Assembly: GCA_946622285.1 (NCBI GenBank)
Contig: CAMOPK010000003.1
Coordinates: 1 to 63,876, forward strand
DNA length: 63,876 bases
Origin: an uncultured Bacillota bacterium
GTDB lineage: Bacteria; Bacillota_I; Bacilli_A; RF39; UBA660
Direction of reading: 5' to 3'
A program made the position numbers and the translations under genes. This document shows, one piece after another, positions 1 through 10,332 of this stretch. Position 1 is the first letter of the stretch, and each line of letters begins with the position of its first letter. The notes beneath the pieces are model-generated. The model was given only the letters and a program-made list of their open reading frames with translations. It was not told the DNA's origin and did no database searches.

Positions 1-3000
1 TTTTATTTCCAGATGTACATTTATTTGCATTGAATGTTACTGTTACTTCTTTCTTACAATTATAATATGCAGTTGCAGTATTTACTCCAGATGCTACATC
101 TATTGTTATGTTTGATCCCATTGCTGTTCCTGAACTTGTTGATGTTGCACTTGTTGATGCTCCTAAGCTCGTCCAGCCATCTAACATTGTCGCATTTGGT
201 ACTGTTACTGTTACTATTTTTGATCCATTATATATTGTTTGACTTGCAGTTCCATTTTCCTTTGTACAACTGTTTGCTTTGAATGTTACTGTTACTGCTT
301 TCTTCCATGTTGCATATCTAGTTACATTACTTGATATTGATATGCTTTGACCTGCGGCTGTTCCACTTGTTGCTGTTTTTGATGTTCCCCATCCATTAAA
401 TGTCCAGCCACTTAATTGGAATCCATTACTTGGTAATGTTACTTTACAGCTTGTTTCTTGTGTTGCTCCATTATATACTGCTGGAATCGTACAATTATTT
501 GCTGCTGTTTGACCAGATACTCCAGAAGTAGTTGTATCATAAGTTACATTATATGTTATTGCATCTTTCTTACAATTATAATATCTTATAACATAATCGT
601 TATTTGATCCTATACCAGAGATATGCATATATTCACCCATTGCTTTTCCAGCAGAGACTGAAGTTGCACTCGCACTTACTCCTAAACTTGTCCAACCACT
701 TACTACCGTCTTAGTTGGAACTTTAATATCTAATGTAGTTGCTCCGTTATATATATAAGCACTATTGCTTCCATCTGCTGTTGTACATCCATTTGCTTTG
801 AATGAAACTACTACTGCCTTTTTCCAAAGTGCATATAATGTAGTATCTGCAGTTAGTGATAATTTACTACCAGCTGCTGTTCCTGATTTAGCAGTATTAT
901 CTGCGCTCCATCCATTAAAATCCCATTTATCAAATGTAAATCCATTACTTGGTAATGTTACTTCACAACTAGTTCCTGCAATAACATCACAAGTAACTGC
1001 ATTAGTTGTACCTGTTCCGCCATTTGAATCTAATGTAAGTGTATAAGTTTTCTTTGATTTAATTGTTGCACCTGGTGTGTTACTTGAATTACCACCATTA
1101 TCTTTTACTTGATCAGCCTTCAAAGTAATAGTTGATTCACCGTTACTAGTTGCCTTTAATGTTAATGTATATTTCTTTCCAGATTCAATATCACTTGCAT
1201 TTATTGAATTAATTGTGATATTAGAACTACTTAAAGTGAATGAACTAGCTGATAATGAATTAGTAGCTATTCCACTATCATCTGTACATGTTAAATCAAT
1301 TGTACCTGTTTCATTTACTTTAATGATTGGTGCTGTTCCAAATGAACAAACTGGTGCTGATGAATCTGCAAACAATCCATCAATTGTTATATTTGCTTTA
1401 ACAACTGCTCCTGTTTCCGGATTAGTTGTACCACTTACATAACCACCACTCCATCCAGTAAATGTATATCCTGTTTTTGGAGTTGCTGTTAATTTTACTT
1501 TATCACCATATTTTACTGTTAATGTTGCTGCAGCTGTTGATGCAGTTGCACTATTTCCAGTCTTAGTTACAGTTTCAGCCTTAATAGTTCCATTTGTCGG
1601 CTTATTAATTGTTGCTGTAAATGTATTTCTATTAAATACCATATAATAAGTCGCATTGCTATTTATAGTAACATCTGCTGTACTTAATGTTTTGTTTGAA
1701 CTTCCTAATGCACTAGTTGCATATCCTTTAAATGTTGATCCTTCTGGTGCTTTAGCAAGAATAGAAACTGTTAATTTCTCACCGCTTTTTATTAAATAAG
1801 TAGTACTGTTTCCATTATTTTCATAGTTAGTAGTTGTATATGTTCCTGTTGTACCATTTATTTTTTCTAACACATTTTGAACAGTGTAGCTTACAATTTT
1901 TATGCTCTTCTTATCAAAATTGCCACCTGCATCTTTACAAGCAAACCAATATGTTCCGGCTGCTGTAACTTCTTTAGTTAAGCCACCACCTGCTAACGCT
2001 GATAAATCTGCTTCAGAAGTTGAAGCAATAGCACTAGCTCCACTTGGTTCTGTTGTACCAAAATAATATGCAGCTACTCCACCATCATCATTGCAACTTA
2101 ACGTTAGTCTTTGTTTTTCGCTATTTATAGTATCACCACCAGTAATATCATTTACTGTTGGTGCACTAGAATCTCCGAATGTTCCACCAATATTAATATT
2201 TTCAGTAATAGCAGTTCCTGTTGTTGGTGATGTTGTTCCACTTAAGTAGCCAGTCCATCCACCAAATTTATATCCTGTTGCTGGTGTTGCTGTTCCCTTT
2301 AAAGTATCACCATATTTTACTGTAATTGTTTTGGTTTCGCCAGCATTTGCCGTAACACTTGTATTATTATTTGTAGATTCAACCTTAATTGAACCGTTTG
2401 CTGAACTAGTTATAGTTGCAACATAAGTATTACGATTATAAATTGCATAATATGTTGCATTATCATTTAGAGTTACATCAGCATTTGATAAAGTTGCACT
2501 AGTAGTACCTAACGCACTATTAGTATAACCAACAAGAGTTTCTGCCGATGCACCAGTAGGTACTGCAAACATACTACTTAGTGATAATTGGCTTCCGCTT
2601 TTTATTAAATATGTTGTTGAAGCCCCACTATTTTCATAGTTAGCACTAGTATAAGTCCCGGTTGTGCCAGTTAATTTTTCTAGCACACTTTGGGCTTTAT
2701 AACTAACAATTTTTATGCTTTTCTTAGCAAAATTGTTCTTTGCATCCTTACATGCAAACCAATATGTACCAGTTGTTGTTACTTCTTTAGTTAGACCTTT
2801 TCTAACAGATGATAATTCATCAGTATTTGTAACTAGAGAAGCACCATTTGGTTCTGTTGTACCAAAATAATATGCAGTTACGCCAATATTATCACTACAT
2901 TTTAATGTTAATGTTTGAGTCGTTGACTTTGCTTTATCGCCACCAGTAATATCATCTACTGTTGGTGCAGTTGTATCATTATCAGCCTCTCCTTGCTCTC

Positions 3001-3622
3001 CAATATCTTTTAAATCTATTGTTGTTAAAGGAATACTATCAGGCATAGTTACAACACTATTAGCTAAAGCATCAATCCAACCACCTGTTGCCTTCTTATA
3101 ATAAATGATCATGTCTGCTTCAGTTACGCCGACAATTGTTTTAGCTGCAAGCATTATTCGCTTTGTAGTTAATACACCATCGTATATGTCATTTTTATTT
3201 CGCGTAAACATATACTTCCCAATTACATATGTTGAAGCATTAATTAAATCATCAGTATAATTAGTAGTACCACCCGCTTCACCTTCAGTGATAGCACTAC
3301 CATTAATATCGATTACTTCAATATCGAATTGATCAGGTACAGTTATATTATCATTTGTTAATGCATCAATCCATGCACCTGTTGCTTTCTTATAATAAAT
3401 AATCATATCTGATTCTTCTTCACCAGATAAGCTTTTTGCAGAAAGCATTATTCTTCTTGTAGTTAATTTGCCATCATAATTTTCGCTTACATTTCTTGTG
3501 AACATGTATTTCCCAATTATATAAGTTGATGGGCTAACATCATCTTTTGCAATTTTTTGTGCACTTACATTAGGCACAAAAAAAAGTAAAAGAGTTAAAA
3601 TAAATAATATTTTCTTTTTCAT
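1..3622 (-). CDS. Large secreted surface protein, 5' end complete and 3' end cut by the window edge (>1207 aa). Signal peptide, two copies of the ~85-aa N-terminal module shared with the BspA-type proteins, two ~268-aa tandem repeats, then Listeria-Bacteroides (InlB B-type) repeats
   Basis: Absent from the ORF track because no stop lies in the window. Manual reverse-strand translation from ATG at 3622-3620 (MKKKILFILTLLLFFVPNVSAQKIAKDDVSPSTYIIGKYMFTRN...) stays open down to base 2. AGGAG lies 4 nt upstream of the ATG. Motifs APTV(D/N)DITGGD, YYFGTTEP, GTYWFACKDA, GY.F.GW and NGF...W.FNGW are present. Confidence 0.8.
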   Translation of the reverse strand, partial: MKKKILFILTLLLFFVPNVSAQKIAKDDVSPSTYIIGKYMFTRNVSENYDGKLTTRRIMLSAKSLSGEEESDMIIYYKKATGAWIDALTNDNITVPDQFDIEVIDINGSAITEGEAGGTTNYTDDLINASTYVIGKYMFTRNKNDIYDGVLTTKRIMLAAKTIVGVTEADMIIYYKKATGGWIDALANSVVTMPDSIPLTTIDLKDIGEQGEADNDTTAPTVDDITGGDKAKSTTQTLTLKCSDNIGVTAYYFGTTEPNGASLVTNTDELSSVRKGLTKEVTTTGTYWFACKDAKNNFAKKSIKIVSYKAQSVLEKLTGTTGTYTSANYENSGASTTYLIKSGSQLSLSSMFAVPTGASAETLVGYTNSALGTTSATLSNADVTLNDNATYYAIYNRNTYVATITSSANGSIKVESTNNNTSVTANAGETKTITVKYGDTLKGTATPATGYKFGGWTGYLSGTTSPTTGTAITENINIGGTFGDSSAPTVNDITGGDTINSEKQRLTLSCNDDGGVAAYYFGTTEPSGASAIASTSEADLSALAGGGLTKEVTAAGTYWFACKDAGGNFDKKSIKIVSYTVQNVLEKINGTTGTYTTTNYENNGNSTTYLIKSGEKLTVSILAKAPEGSTFKGYATSALGSSNKTLSTADVTINSNATYYMVFNRNTFTATINKPTNGTIKAETVTKTGNSATASTAAATLTVKYGDKVKLTATPKTGYTFTGWSGGYVSGTTNPETGAVVKANITIDGLFADSSAPVCSFGTAPIIKVNETGTIDLTCTDDSGIATNSLSASSFTLSSSNITINSINASDIESGKKYTLTLKATSNGESTITLKADQVKDNGGNSSNTPGATIKSKKTYTLTLDSNGGTGTTNAVTCDVIAGTSCEVTLPSNGFTFDKWDFNGWSADNTAKSGTAAGSKLSLTADTTLYALWKKAVVVSFKANGCTTADGSNSAYIYNGATTLDIKVPTKTVVSGWTSLGVSASATSVSAGKAMGEYMHISGIGSNNDYVIRYYNCKKDAITYNVTYDTTTSGVSGQTAANNCTIPAVYNGATQETSCKVTLPSNGFQLSGWTFNGWGTSKTATSGTAAGQSISISSNVTRYATWKKAVTVTFKANSCTKENGTASQTIYNGSKIVTVTVPNATMLDGWTSLGASTSATSTSSGTAMGSNITIDVASGVNTATAYYNCKKEVTVTFNANKCTSGNK
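1365..2970 (-). repeat. Intragenic tandem duplication: two ~0.8-kb (~268-aa) units inside the left-edge surface-protein gene
   Basis: Both units start with near-identical caccagtaatatcat(c/t)tactgttggtgca, at ~2941-2970 and ~2138-2167 (APTVDDITGG / APTVNDITGG). The units align along their whole length at protein level. Confidence 0.7.
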
Positions 3623-3709
3623 ACAACTCCTACTTTCCTATTTTTATTATGATAATATTATTGTATCACTCTTTACACTTTTTGTCATTATTTTCATACA
3701 TTATTTTCA

Positions 3710-3737
3710 TAAAAAAAACTAGTCATTTCTGACTAGT
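3710..3737 (-). terminator. Rho-independent terminator after miaA
   Basis: Stem actagtca (3718-3725), loop tttc, stem tgactagt (3730-3737). On the minus strand it is followed by a T-run (A-run 3711-3717 on plus). It overlaps the miaA stop codon. Confidence 0.7.
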
Positions 3738-4613
3738 TTTTTCAACAAATTTATAAACCTCATCTACTGTTTTATCAAAATCATTAAGGTTAACTTCAAA
3801 CCAATTAACTTTAACTTGATGATTGAACCAAGTATATTGTCTTTTGGCATACTTTCTAGTTCTTTGTTTCATAATTTCAATACAACTATTTAAGTCCATA
3901 TTACCTTCTAAATAAGGAAATAATTCTTTATATCCAATCGGAGTTAAAATAGCTTTTGTTCTAACATTTGAATCATATACTTTCTTTACTTCATCAAGTA
4001 ATCCATCTTCAAACATTCGATCAACGCGACTATTAAGTCTATCATATAATATGTCTCTTGATGTTGTTAATCCAATAAATATGACATCATCATAAAGTAA
4101 TTTTTCACTTTTTTCTTTTTTGCTTATAGATTTGTTAGTATTTGAATAATAATCAAGAAATCTTTCAATTCTCTTTCGATTATTCATATGGATATCTAGA
4201 TTTGGTTCTATTTTCAAAGCCATCTTATATAATTCTTCATTCGAGTATGAACTATAATCATTACGTTTAGTTTCATCTTCAAATTCATAGTTATAAAGTG
4301 CAGCCTTAATATAAAGTCCAGTACCTCCAACAATTATTGGAGTTTTACCTTTTTTTAAAATATCATCAATTGCTTTTCTTGCATCTTTTTGATAATCATA
4401 AACAGTATAGTCTTCAGTAATATCTTTAATATCAAACAAATGATGAGGAATACCTTCTTTTTCTTCTTCAGTAACTTTTGCAGTTGCAATATTTAAAGTC
4501 CTATATACTTGAGTACTATCACCATTAATGACTTCACCATTTAATTTTTTTGCAAGTTCGACACTTAATTTAGTTTTACCAATTCCAGTTGGTCCTACAA
4601 TTACTACTATCAT
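3723..4613 (-). CDS. miaA: tRNA dimethylallyltransferase
   Basis: N-terminal P-loop [11 protein letters not shown] and full-length MiaA-like layout (296 aa). 4-nt overlap with queA. Confidence 0.9.
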   Translation of the reverse strand: MIVVIVGPTGIGKTKLSVELAKKLNGEVINGDSTQVYRTLNIATAKVTEEEKEGIPHHLFDIKDITEDYTVYDYQKDARKAIDDILKKGKTPIIVGGTGLYIKAALYNYEFEDETKRNDYSSYSNEELYKMALKIEPNLDIHMNNRKRIERFLDYYSNTNKSISKKEKSEKLLYDDVIFIGLTTSRDILYDRLNSRVDRMFEDGLLDEVKKVYDSNVRTKAILTPIGYKELFPYLEGNMDLNSCIEIMKQRTRKYAKRQYTWFNHQVKVNWFEVNLNDFDKTVDEVYKFVEKTSQK

Positions 4614-5635
4614 TTTATTAACATCGCATCGCCAAAAGAGAAAAAGCGATATCTTTCTTTTACAGCTTCACTATATGCATTTAATATGTTCTCACGTCCT
4701 GCCAAAGCACTTACTAACATAATTAAAGTTGATTTTGGCAAATGAAAATTTGTAATTAAATAGTCTATTGCTTTAAATTTATATCCCGGATAAATAAATA
4801 TATTAGTCCATCCAGAACATGCTTCAAATTTGCCATACCTAGACATTACTGTTTCAAGTACACGTGTTGAAGTTGTTCCAACACTTATAATCATATTTCC
4901 GTTTTTCTTAGCTTCATTTAATACTTCAGCTGTTGATTCTTTCATTACATAGTACTCACTATGCATTTGATGTTCAAGTACATTTTCAACTGTAACTGGT
5001 CTAAAAGTTCCAAGTCCAACATGCAATGTTACATATTCAATCTTAACACCCTTTGCTTCTATTTTTTCAAGAAGTTCTTTAGTAAAATGTAAGCCTGCTG
5101 TTGGGGCTGCTGCGCTACCAACTTCTTTTGCATAAACTGTTTGATAGCGATCTTTATCAGCTAGTTTTTCATGAATATAAGGTGGTAATGGCATTTCTCC
5201 TAACTTATCAAGTATTTCATAAAAAATACCACGATAATAAAATTTAAATACGCGTATTCCTTCTTCAGCTATGGCAATACATTGTGCTTTTAAAATACCA
5301 TTGCCAAAATCTACTGTTGTTCCAACATCAATTCGTTTTGCAGGTCTTACTAAACATTCCCAAGAATCGGCTTCTAGTTCCTTAAGCATCAAAATCTCAA
5401 TATGAGAACCAGTTTCTTCTTTAATTCCAAAAAGTCGAGCTGGCATTACTTTAGTATCATTTAATACTAAAACATCGCCTTCTTCTAAATAATCTATAAC
5501 ATCATAAAAATGCTTATGTTCAATTTCACCAGTAATCTTATCAAGCACCATCAATCTTGATTCATCACGATTTTTAAGTGGTGTTTGCGCAATTAACGAT
5601 TCTGGTAATTCATAATTAAAATCTTCAGTTTTCAT
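4610..5635 (-). CDS. queA: S-adenosylmethionine:tRNA ribosyltransferase-isomerase
   Basis: Typical QueA start MK..DF.YELPE.LIAQ.P, the LPPYI motif and a size of 341 aa. Confidence 0.9.
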   Translation of the reverse strand: MKTEDFNYELPESLIAQTPLKNRDESRLMVLDKITGEIEHKHFYDVIDYLEEGDVLVLNDTKVMPARLFGIKEETGSHIEILMLKELEADSWECLVRPAKRIDVGTTVDFGNGILKAQCIAIAEEGIRVFKFYYRGIFYEILDKLGEMPLPPYIHEKLADKDRYQTVYAKEVGSAAAPTAGLHFTKELLEKIEAKGVKIEYVTLHVGLGTFRPVTVENVLEHQMHSEYYVMKESTAEVLNEAKKNGNMIISVGTTSTRVLETVMSRYGKFEACSGWTNIFIYPGYKFKAIDYLITNFHLPKSTLIMLVSALAGRENILNAYSEAVKERYRFFSFGDAMLIK

Positions 5636-5645
5636 TTTTCACTTC

Positions 5646-6647
5646 CTAAAATAATCCCTCTTGATGTTTAATTCCTAAATGAGCATAAGCTTTTTCAGTT
5701 ACTACTCTTCCTCTAGGAGTTCTTTTAATAAAACCATTTTGAAGTAAATATGGTTCATAAACATCTTCGATGGTTGTTTGTTCTTCACCTACGGCTGATG
5801 CAATAGCCTCAATTCCAACTGGACCACCATTAAATTTTTCAATAATGGCTTTAAGTAAATTATAGTCAGTTGCATCTAAACCTAATTTGTCGACTTTTAG
5901 TTTATCTAAAGCAAGAGTTGCAATTTCTAAATCGATATTACCTCCACCAAGTACTAAAGCAAAATCGCGAATTCGTTTAAATAATCTATTAGCAATTCTT
6001 GGTGTTCCTCTACTTCTTTTTGCAAGTTCAATTGCAGCTTCTTCATCAATTGGACTTTCCAAAACTCGACTAGTTCTTTTAACTATATCAGTTAATTCTT
6101 CAATCGTATAATAATTTAATTTAAAAATTATTCCAAATCGATCACGAAGTGGTCCTGTTAAATCACCTGCTCTTGTTGTTGCACCAACCAAAGTAAACGG
6201 TGGTAAATCAATTTGAATACTGCGACTACTACTATCAGTTCCAACAACAATATCAAGTTTATAATCTTCCATTGCTGAATATAAAATTTCTTCAATAAAT
6301 CTTGGAATACGATGAATTTCATCAATAAATAGAACATCACCTGGTTCAAGAGTTGATAAAACGGCTGCTAAATCTCCTGATTTTTCAATGGCTGGTCCGC
6401 TTGTTACCTTTATATTTGAACCCATTTCATTAGCAATTATATAAGCTAAAGTAGTTTTACCTAATCCAGGAGGCCCATATAGTAAAACATGATCTAAAGA
6501 TTCATCTCGCATACGAGCTGCTTTCATAAATATATCTAGATTTTCTTTTACTTCTGTTTGACCAATATATTCATTAAGCATACTTGGACGAATTGATTCT
6601 TCATATATGTCATCAGTATCTTTATTAGCATCTAATATTCTTTCCAT
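5646..6647 (-). CDS. ruvB: Holliday junction branch-migration helicase RuvB
   Basis: Walker [12 protein letters not shown], Walker B FIDEIHR, and the RuvB C-terminal winged-helix region. Adjacent to ruvA. Confidence 0.95.
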   Translation of the reverse strand: MERILDANKDTDDIYEESIRPSMLNEYIGQTEVKENLDIFMKAARMRDESLDHVLLYGPPGLGKTTLAYIIANEMGSNIKVTSGPAIEKSGDLAAVLSTLEPGDVLFIDEIHRIPRFIEEILYSAMEDYKLDIVVGTDSSSRSIQIDLPPFTLVGATTRAGDLTGPLRDRFGIIFKLNYYTIEELTDIVKRTSRVLESPIDEEAAIELAKRSRGTPRIANRLFKRIRDFALVLGGGNIDLEIATLALDKLKVDKLGLDATDYNLLKAIIEKFNGGPVGIEAIASAVGEEQTTIEDVYEPYLLQNGFIKRTPRGRVVTEKAYAHLGIKHQEGLF

Positions 6648-6655
6648 ACTACCTC

Positions 6656-7213
6656 CTATTTAGTCAATAATAATTTTAAAGCTTCTTTTATTTGTTCTTC
6701 AATTGTATCACTTTTAACTTTTGGTATTACTTTATTAATATCAACTGGTTTATATCCAAGTCCTTTTAAAGCATCAAATAATTCTTCGTTATGTACCTTA
6801 CTATTAGATGATACCTCATTAGATACTAATTTTCCTTTTAAATCTAAAATTATTTGACGAGCAACTTTATCTCCAATCTTAGGAAATTTCTTTAAATAAA
6901 GAATATTTTCCCTTTCAATTGCATCTATAATACCACTTACTCCACCAGTTGCAAACATTGGTAATGCCATTTTACAACCTAATCCTTTTACCTCAATAAG
7001 TCTTAAGAACAAATCTCTTTCTTCTTTAGTTTTAAATCCATAAATAGAGTTCTCATCTTCACGAATCATATTATAAACATATACTTTATATTCTTCATTT
7101 TCATTAAAACTATATGGATTTGGTGTATATACTAAATAACCTACTCCATTAACATCTAAAGCAATATGGTTGCTTTCTATTTCCGTAACTATTCCTTTTA
7201 AATATGTATACAT
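6656..7213 (-). CDS. ruvA: Holliday junction DNA-binding protein RuvA
   Basis: Start MY.YLKG, HhH region [10 protein letters not shown] / [18 protein letters not shown], and position directly upstream of ruvB. Confidence 0.9.
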   Translation of the reverse strand: MYTYLKGIVTEIESNHIALDVNGVGYLVYTPNPYSFNENEEYKVYVYNMIREDENSIYGFKTKEERDLFLRLIEVKGLGCKMALPMFATGGVSGIIDAIERENILYLKKFPKIGDKVARQIILDLKGKLVSNEVSSNSKVHNEELFDALKGLGYKPVDINKVIPKVKSDTIEEQIKEALKLLLTK

Positions 7214-7223
7214 CCTATCACCT

Positions 7224-7553
7224 CTAATAAATTGTTGGATTTTGCATTAATTTTAAAATTTCTTCAAAATTATCATCATCCGCCATTATGTTTTTGTGAA
7301 TCTCGCCACATTTTTCACATTTATATACTATTTTATATGTATCTTTAAATTTTTCAACAGCAATTGGTTTTAATAATCCCATGCAATTATTCTTTCGATC
7401 ACCCGGAAAAATATCTACATGTTTAGAATACAAACATTTATTGCAGTGATCACGAGCACTTCCCTTAAGAACATCTACTTCTTCTTCACAATTTTCACAT
7501 ATAAAAGTCTCATTAATCATTTTAAACCTTTTTGTATCCATGCGTTTCACCAT
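7224..7553 (-). CDS. RNHCP-domain zinc-ribbon protein
   Basis: GSARDHCNKCLYSKHVD matches the RNHCP signature. Further CxxC pairs are present (CENC, CEKC). Confidence 0.6.
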   Translation of the reverse strand: MVKRMDTKRFKMINETFICENCEEEVDVLKGSARDHCNKCLYSKHVDIFPGDRKNNCMGLLKPIAVEKFKDTYKIVYKCEKCGEIHKNIMADDDNFEEILKLMQNPTIY

Positions 7554-7585
7554 TTATATCTTACCATTTTTTACACTGTTTTACA

Positions 7586-7616
7586 AACAAAAAAGCAGAA
7601 TAAAATCCTGCTTTTT
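7586..7616 (-). terminator. Rho-independent terminator ending the tad/LRR transcription unit
   Basis: Stem aaaagcag (7591-7598) pairs with ctgctttt (7608-7615), with A/T runs on both sides. It lies immediately after the stop of the 900-aa gene. Confidence 0.65.
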
Positions 7617-10318
7617 TACCATTCTATTTTTAAAACTATTTCAGGCAATGTACTACTTGTTAGTTTTGCATATGAAGTTCCATTACTGTCATACATAGTA
7701 TGTGGTAAAGAAACATCTTCACCAACAATTTTCTTTGGTGTTGTTAATTTGCTCAAATTTGTTAAGCCATTGAGCATATTCATATTTATATTAACATTTG
7801 ACATATCAAAATTACTTAAATCCAAGTTTGTAAGTTTTTCACAACTATCAAACATATATCCCATATTAGTTACATTTCCTGTATTAATTATGTCTAAATC
7901 TACATTTGTTAATTCTCTTAAATTGTTAAACATATAAGATGCATTGTTATTTAAATAAATTCTTGATGCTTCAGTATAATAATAAATAATACCTTCATCA
8001 TACCAAACATATATTAGTCTACTTGAATCAGAAGTTGAAACAATATTATTTTCAGTCACATCATTTGGTAATGTTGCTGATCTTTTAATTTCAGTTATAG
8101 TTCTATTTATGTTTGAATAAGTTGCTACTGAATTGCCAGCTAATTTTTTTATCTTCTCATTAAATAATTGACCAGATATTAATTGTGTTTTACTCTCGAG
8201 TAAAATACTACTTGTTAATTCATTAGTTATTTTTGTATAACTCTTTCCTTCACTATCATATAAAGGTTTTGATAGAATTATATCAATATTAGCATTTACT
8301 TTTGGAGTATTAAGTGCTACTAGTGCAGTTGTTCCATAAAATATTGTAGTTGCGCTTTTAACATTTGATAAATCAAAATTACTCATATCAATACTTGTTA
8401 AACTGCTGCAATTATAGAACATATATGACATATACATAACTTGACTAGAATCAAATATGCTTAAATCTAAAGTTTTTAAATTCGGTAAATTTGCAAACAT
8501 ATAAGTTGCTTCTTGTGGCAAATAAATTTCACTTGCACTGGTATGGTAATAAATAACTCCATTATCATACCAAATATATAATGCATCATCTGATCCAGGC
8601 ATTGATAAAATATTTTCTTTATCTAAATCTGTATTAGGTAATGAAGAAGATTTTTTAATTGCTGTTATATTTTCATTAACTGTTTGATTATTTGCATCAA
8701 CACTACCTGCCATGTTTTTTATCTTTGCATTGAACTCTATACCTTTACTTATCATATTTGGTATTCTAAGAACAGTTTCAGTAGGTGTAGATATAGTCAA
8801 ACTACTATATGCATTATCTTCTAAATCATACATTGTTTTTGGTAATGCAATTTCGTATTCACCATTTACTTTTGGAGTTACAATTTCTTCCAATCCATTG
8901 ATGCCATATAAAGCATAACTATATTGTGTTACCTTCGATAAGTCAAAATTACTTAAATCAAGTTTTTTTAAAGAACCACAGGATGCAAACATAAATTGAA
9001 TATCTGTTACATTACTGGTATTAAAGTTGCTTACATTTAGGCTTGTTAAACTTAATGCCGTAAACATAAAACCCATGTCTGATACGTTTGATGTGTCAAA
9101 ATTACTTAAATTTAAATTAGTCAAGGCTTTATTTTCATAAAACATATAGCTCATGTTTGTTACTTGTGATGTATCAAAACTGCTTAAATTTAAATTAGTC
9201 AAGGCTTTATCTTTATAAAACATACCACTCATATTGGTAACTTTACTAGTGTCAAAAGTAGATAAGTCAAGTTCAGTTAAACTCTCACAATATGCAAACA
9301 TATTATACATATTTATCACATTTGATGTATCAAAATTACTTAAATCCAAGTTTGTAAGACTCGAAAAATTATAAAACATATAACTTGAATTTTCAGATAA
9401 ATATATCTTAATATCCTTTGAATAATACTTTTTAGCAAAATAGTATATTTCTCCATTTTGATACCAGATATATATAGGAATATCAGAATCAGAATGCGAT
9501 ACTAAATTATCATCAGATAATGGTATATCAGGTAATGATTTTGCCTCTTTTATACTATTAATGCTAGTATTTTTGGCATAAATTAAATATTCTGCAGTTG
9601 TACCTGCTAATGCTTTTGCTTTGCTATTAAATGATCTATCAAGTATGGCAATATCCATTTTCTCCAATTGATTTCTCAAATTAATAGTTGAAATTTCAAA
9701 TTTAGCAGGCGGATTAACAGTTTCGCCTGTTAAAGCGTTAATCCAATTACCACTAGCAGTTTTGAAATAAATTACCATGTCTGATTCTTTACTTCCAGTT
9801 AATGTTTCAGAAGCAAGCATTATTTTTTGAGTGTTTAAAATCCCATTATAATTGTGTTTTTTATCTACATCTCTTGTATACATATAATTGCCAATTATAT
9901 ATGTAGATGGATAAACATCATCTTTGTTTACAATATAATCACTTAAATCAACATTATTTGTTTGACTAAGTAATTCAATATTCATATCGACAACTTCGAT
10001 TTCAAATGTTGATGGTACTACAACTTTTTGTCCAGTTAAACCATTTATCCAATTATCAGCAATATTTTTATAATAAATAATCATATTTGATTCATTAGCA
10101 TCAGTGATTGTTCTTGATGCTAACATTATTTTTTGAGTATTTAGTTTTCCATCATAATTATTTTCCTCATTAGGTGTTCTCGTGAACATATATTTTCCAA
10201 CTATATATGTTCCTGGTTCTACATCATTTTGAGACACAATTAAAGCACGTGCCGTCGGTAAAAACACTAAATTAAGAACTAAAATTATAAATATTTTTTT
10301 GATCATATTTTTACTCAT
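7616..10318 (-). CDS. BspA-family leucine-rich-repeat surface protein (DUF285-type repeats), 900 aa, with a duplicated N-terminal module
   Basis: Signal peptide MSKNMIKKIFIILVLNLVFLPTARA. Repeats of the type LDLSNFDTSNVINMYNMFAYCESLTELDLSTFDTSKVTNMSGMF. Only a 14-nt gap to tadC with no hairpin in between. Confidence 0.85.
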   Translation of the reverse strand: MSKNMIKKIFIILVLNLVFLPTARALIVSQNDVEPGTYIVGKYMFTRTPNEENNYDGKLNTQKIMLASRTITDANESNMIIYYKNIADNWINGLTGQKVVVPSTFEIEVVDMNIELLSQTNNVDLSDYIVNKDDVYPSTYIIGNYMYTRDVDKKHNYNGILNTQKIMLASETLTGSKESDMVIYFKTASGNWINALTGETVNPPAKFEISTINLRNQLEKMDIAILDRSFNSKAKALAGTTAEYLIYAKNTSINSIKEAKSLPDIPLSDDNLVSHSDSDIPIYIWYQNGEIYYFAKKYYSKDIKIYLSENSSYMFYNFSSLTNLDLSNFDTSNVINMYNMFAYCESLTELDLSTFDTSKVTNMSGMFYKDKALTNLNLSSFDTSQVTNMSYMFYENKALTNLNLSNFDTSNVSDMGFMFTALSLTSLNVSNFNTSNVTDIQFMFASCGSLKKLDLSNFDLSKVTQYSYALYGINGLEEIVTPKVNGEYEIALPKTMYDLEDNAYSSLTISTPTETVLRIPNMISKGIEFNAKIKNMAGSVDANNQTVNENITAIKKSSSLPNTDLDKENILSMPGSDDALYIWYDNGVIYYHTSASEIYLPQEATYMFANLPNLKTLDLSIFDSSQVMYMSYMFYNCSSLTSIDMSNFDLSNVKSATTIFYGTTALVALNTPKVNANIDIILSKPLYDSEGKSYTKITNELTSSILLESKTQLISGQLFNEKIKKLAGNSVATYSNINRTITEIKRSATLPNDVTENNIVSTSDSSRLIYVWYDEGIIYYYTEASRIYLNNNASYMFNNLRELTNVDLDIINTGNVTNMGYMFDSCEKLTNLDLSNFDMSNVNINMNMLNGLTNLSKLTTPKKIVGEDVSLPHTMYDSNGTSYAKLTSSTLPEIVLKIEW
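8910..9420 (-). repeat. DNA-level tandem LRR units (~75-78 nt period) inside the 900-aa gene
   Basis: Examples: aaatttaaattagtcaaggctttat occurs at ~9110 and ~9190; tcaaaattacttaaatccaagtttgtaag occurs at ~9330 and again at ~7810. Confidence 0.7.
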
Positions 10319-10332
10319 GGCCGTGCTTCTTT

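Noticed and set aside
34-1442. Three plus-strand ORFs from the track (34-282, 765-1046, 1215-1442)
   Set aside because: They lie antisense to a long, continuously open minus-strand reading frame that has clear protein repeats. Their translations are low-complexity Leu/Val-rich shadows.
6158-6349. 63-aa minus-strand ORF inside ruvB (a similar case is 34021-34209 inside the giant gene)
   Set aside because: These are out-of-frame ORFs wholly nested in strongly supported longer genes on the same strand, with implausible composition.
7419-7937. 172-aa plus-strand ORF spanning the RNHCP gene, the intergenic terminator and the end of the LRR gene
   Set aside because: It is antisense to two well-supported genes and runs through a terminator hairpin. 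Its composition (Phe/Ile/Leu-rich) is that expected of the reverse frame of AT-rich coding DNA.
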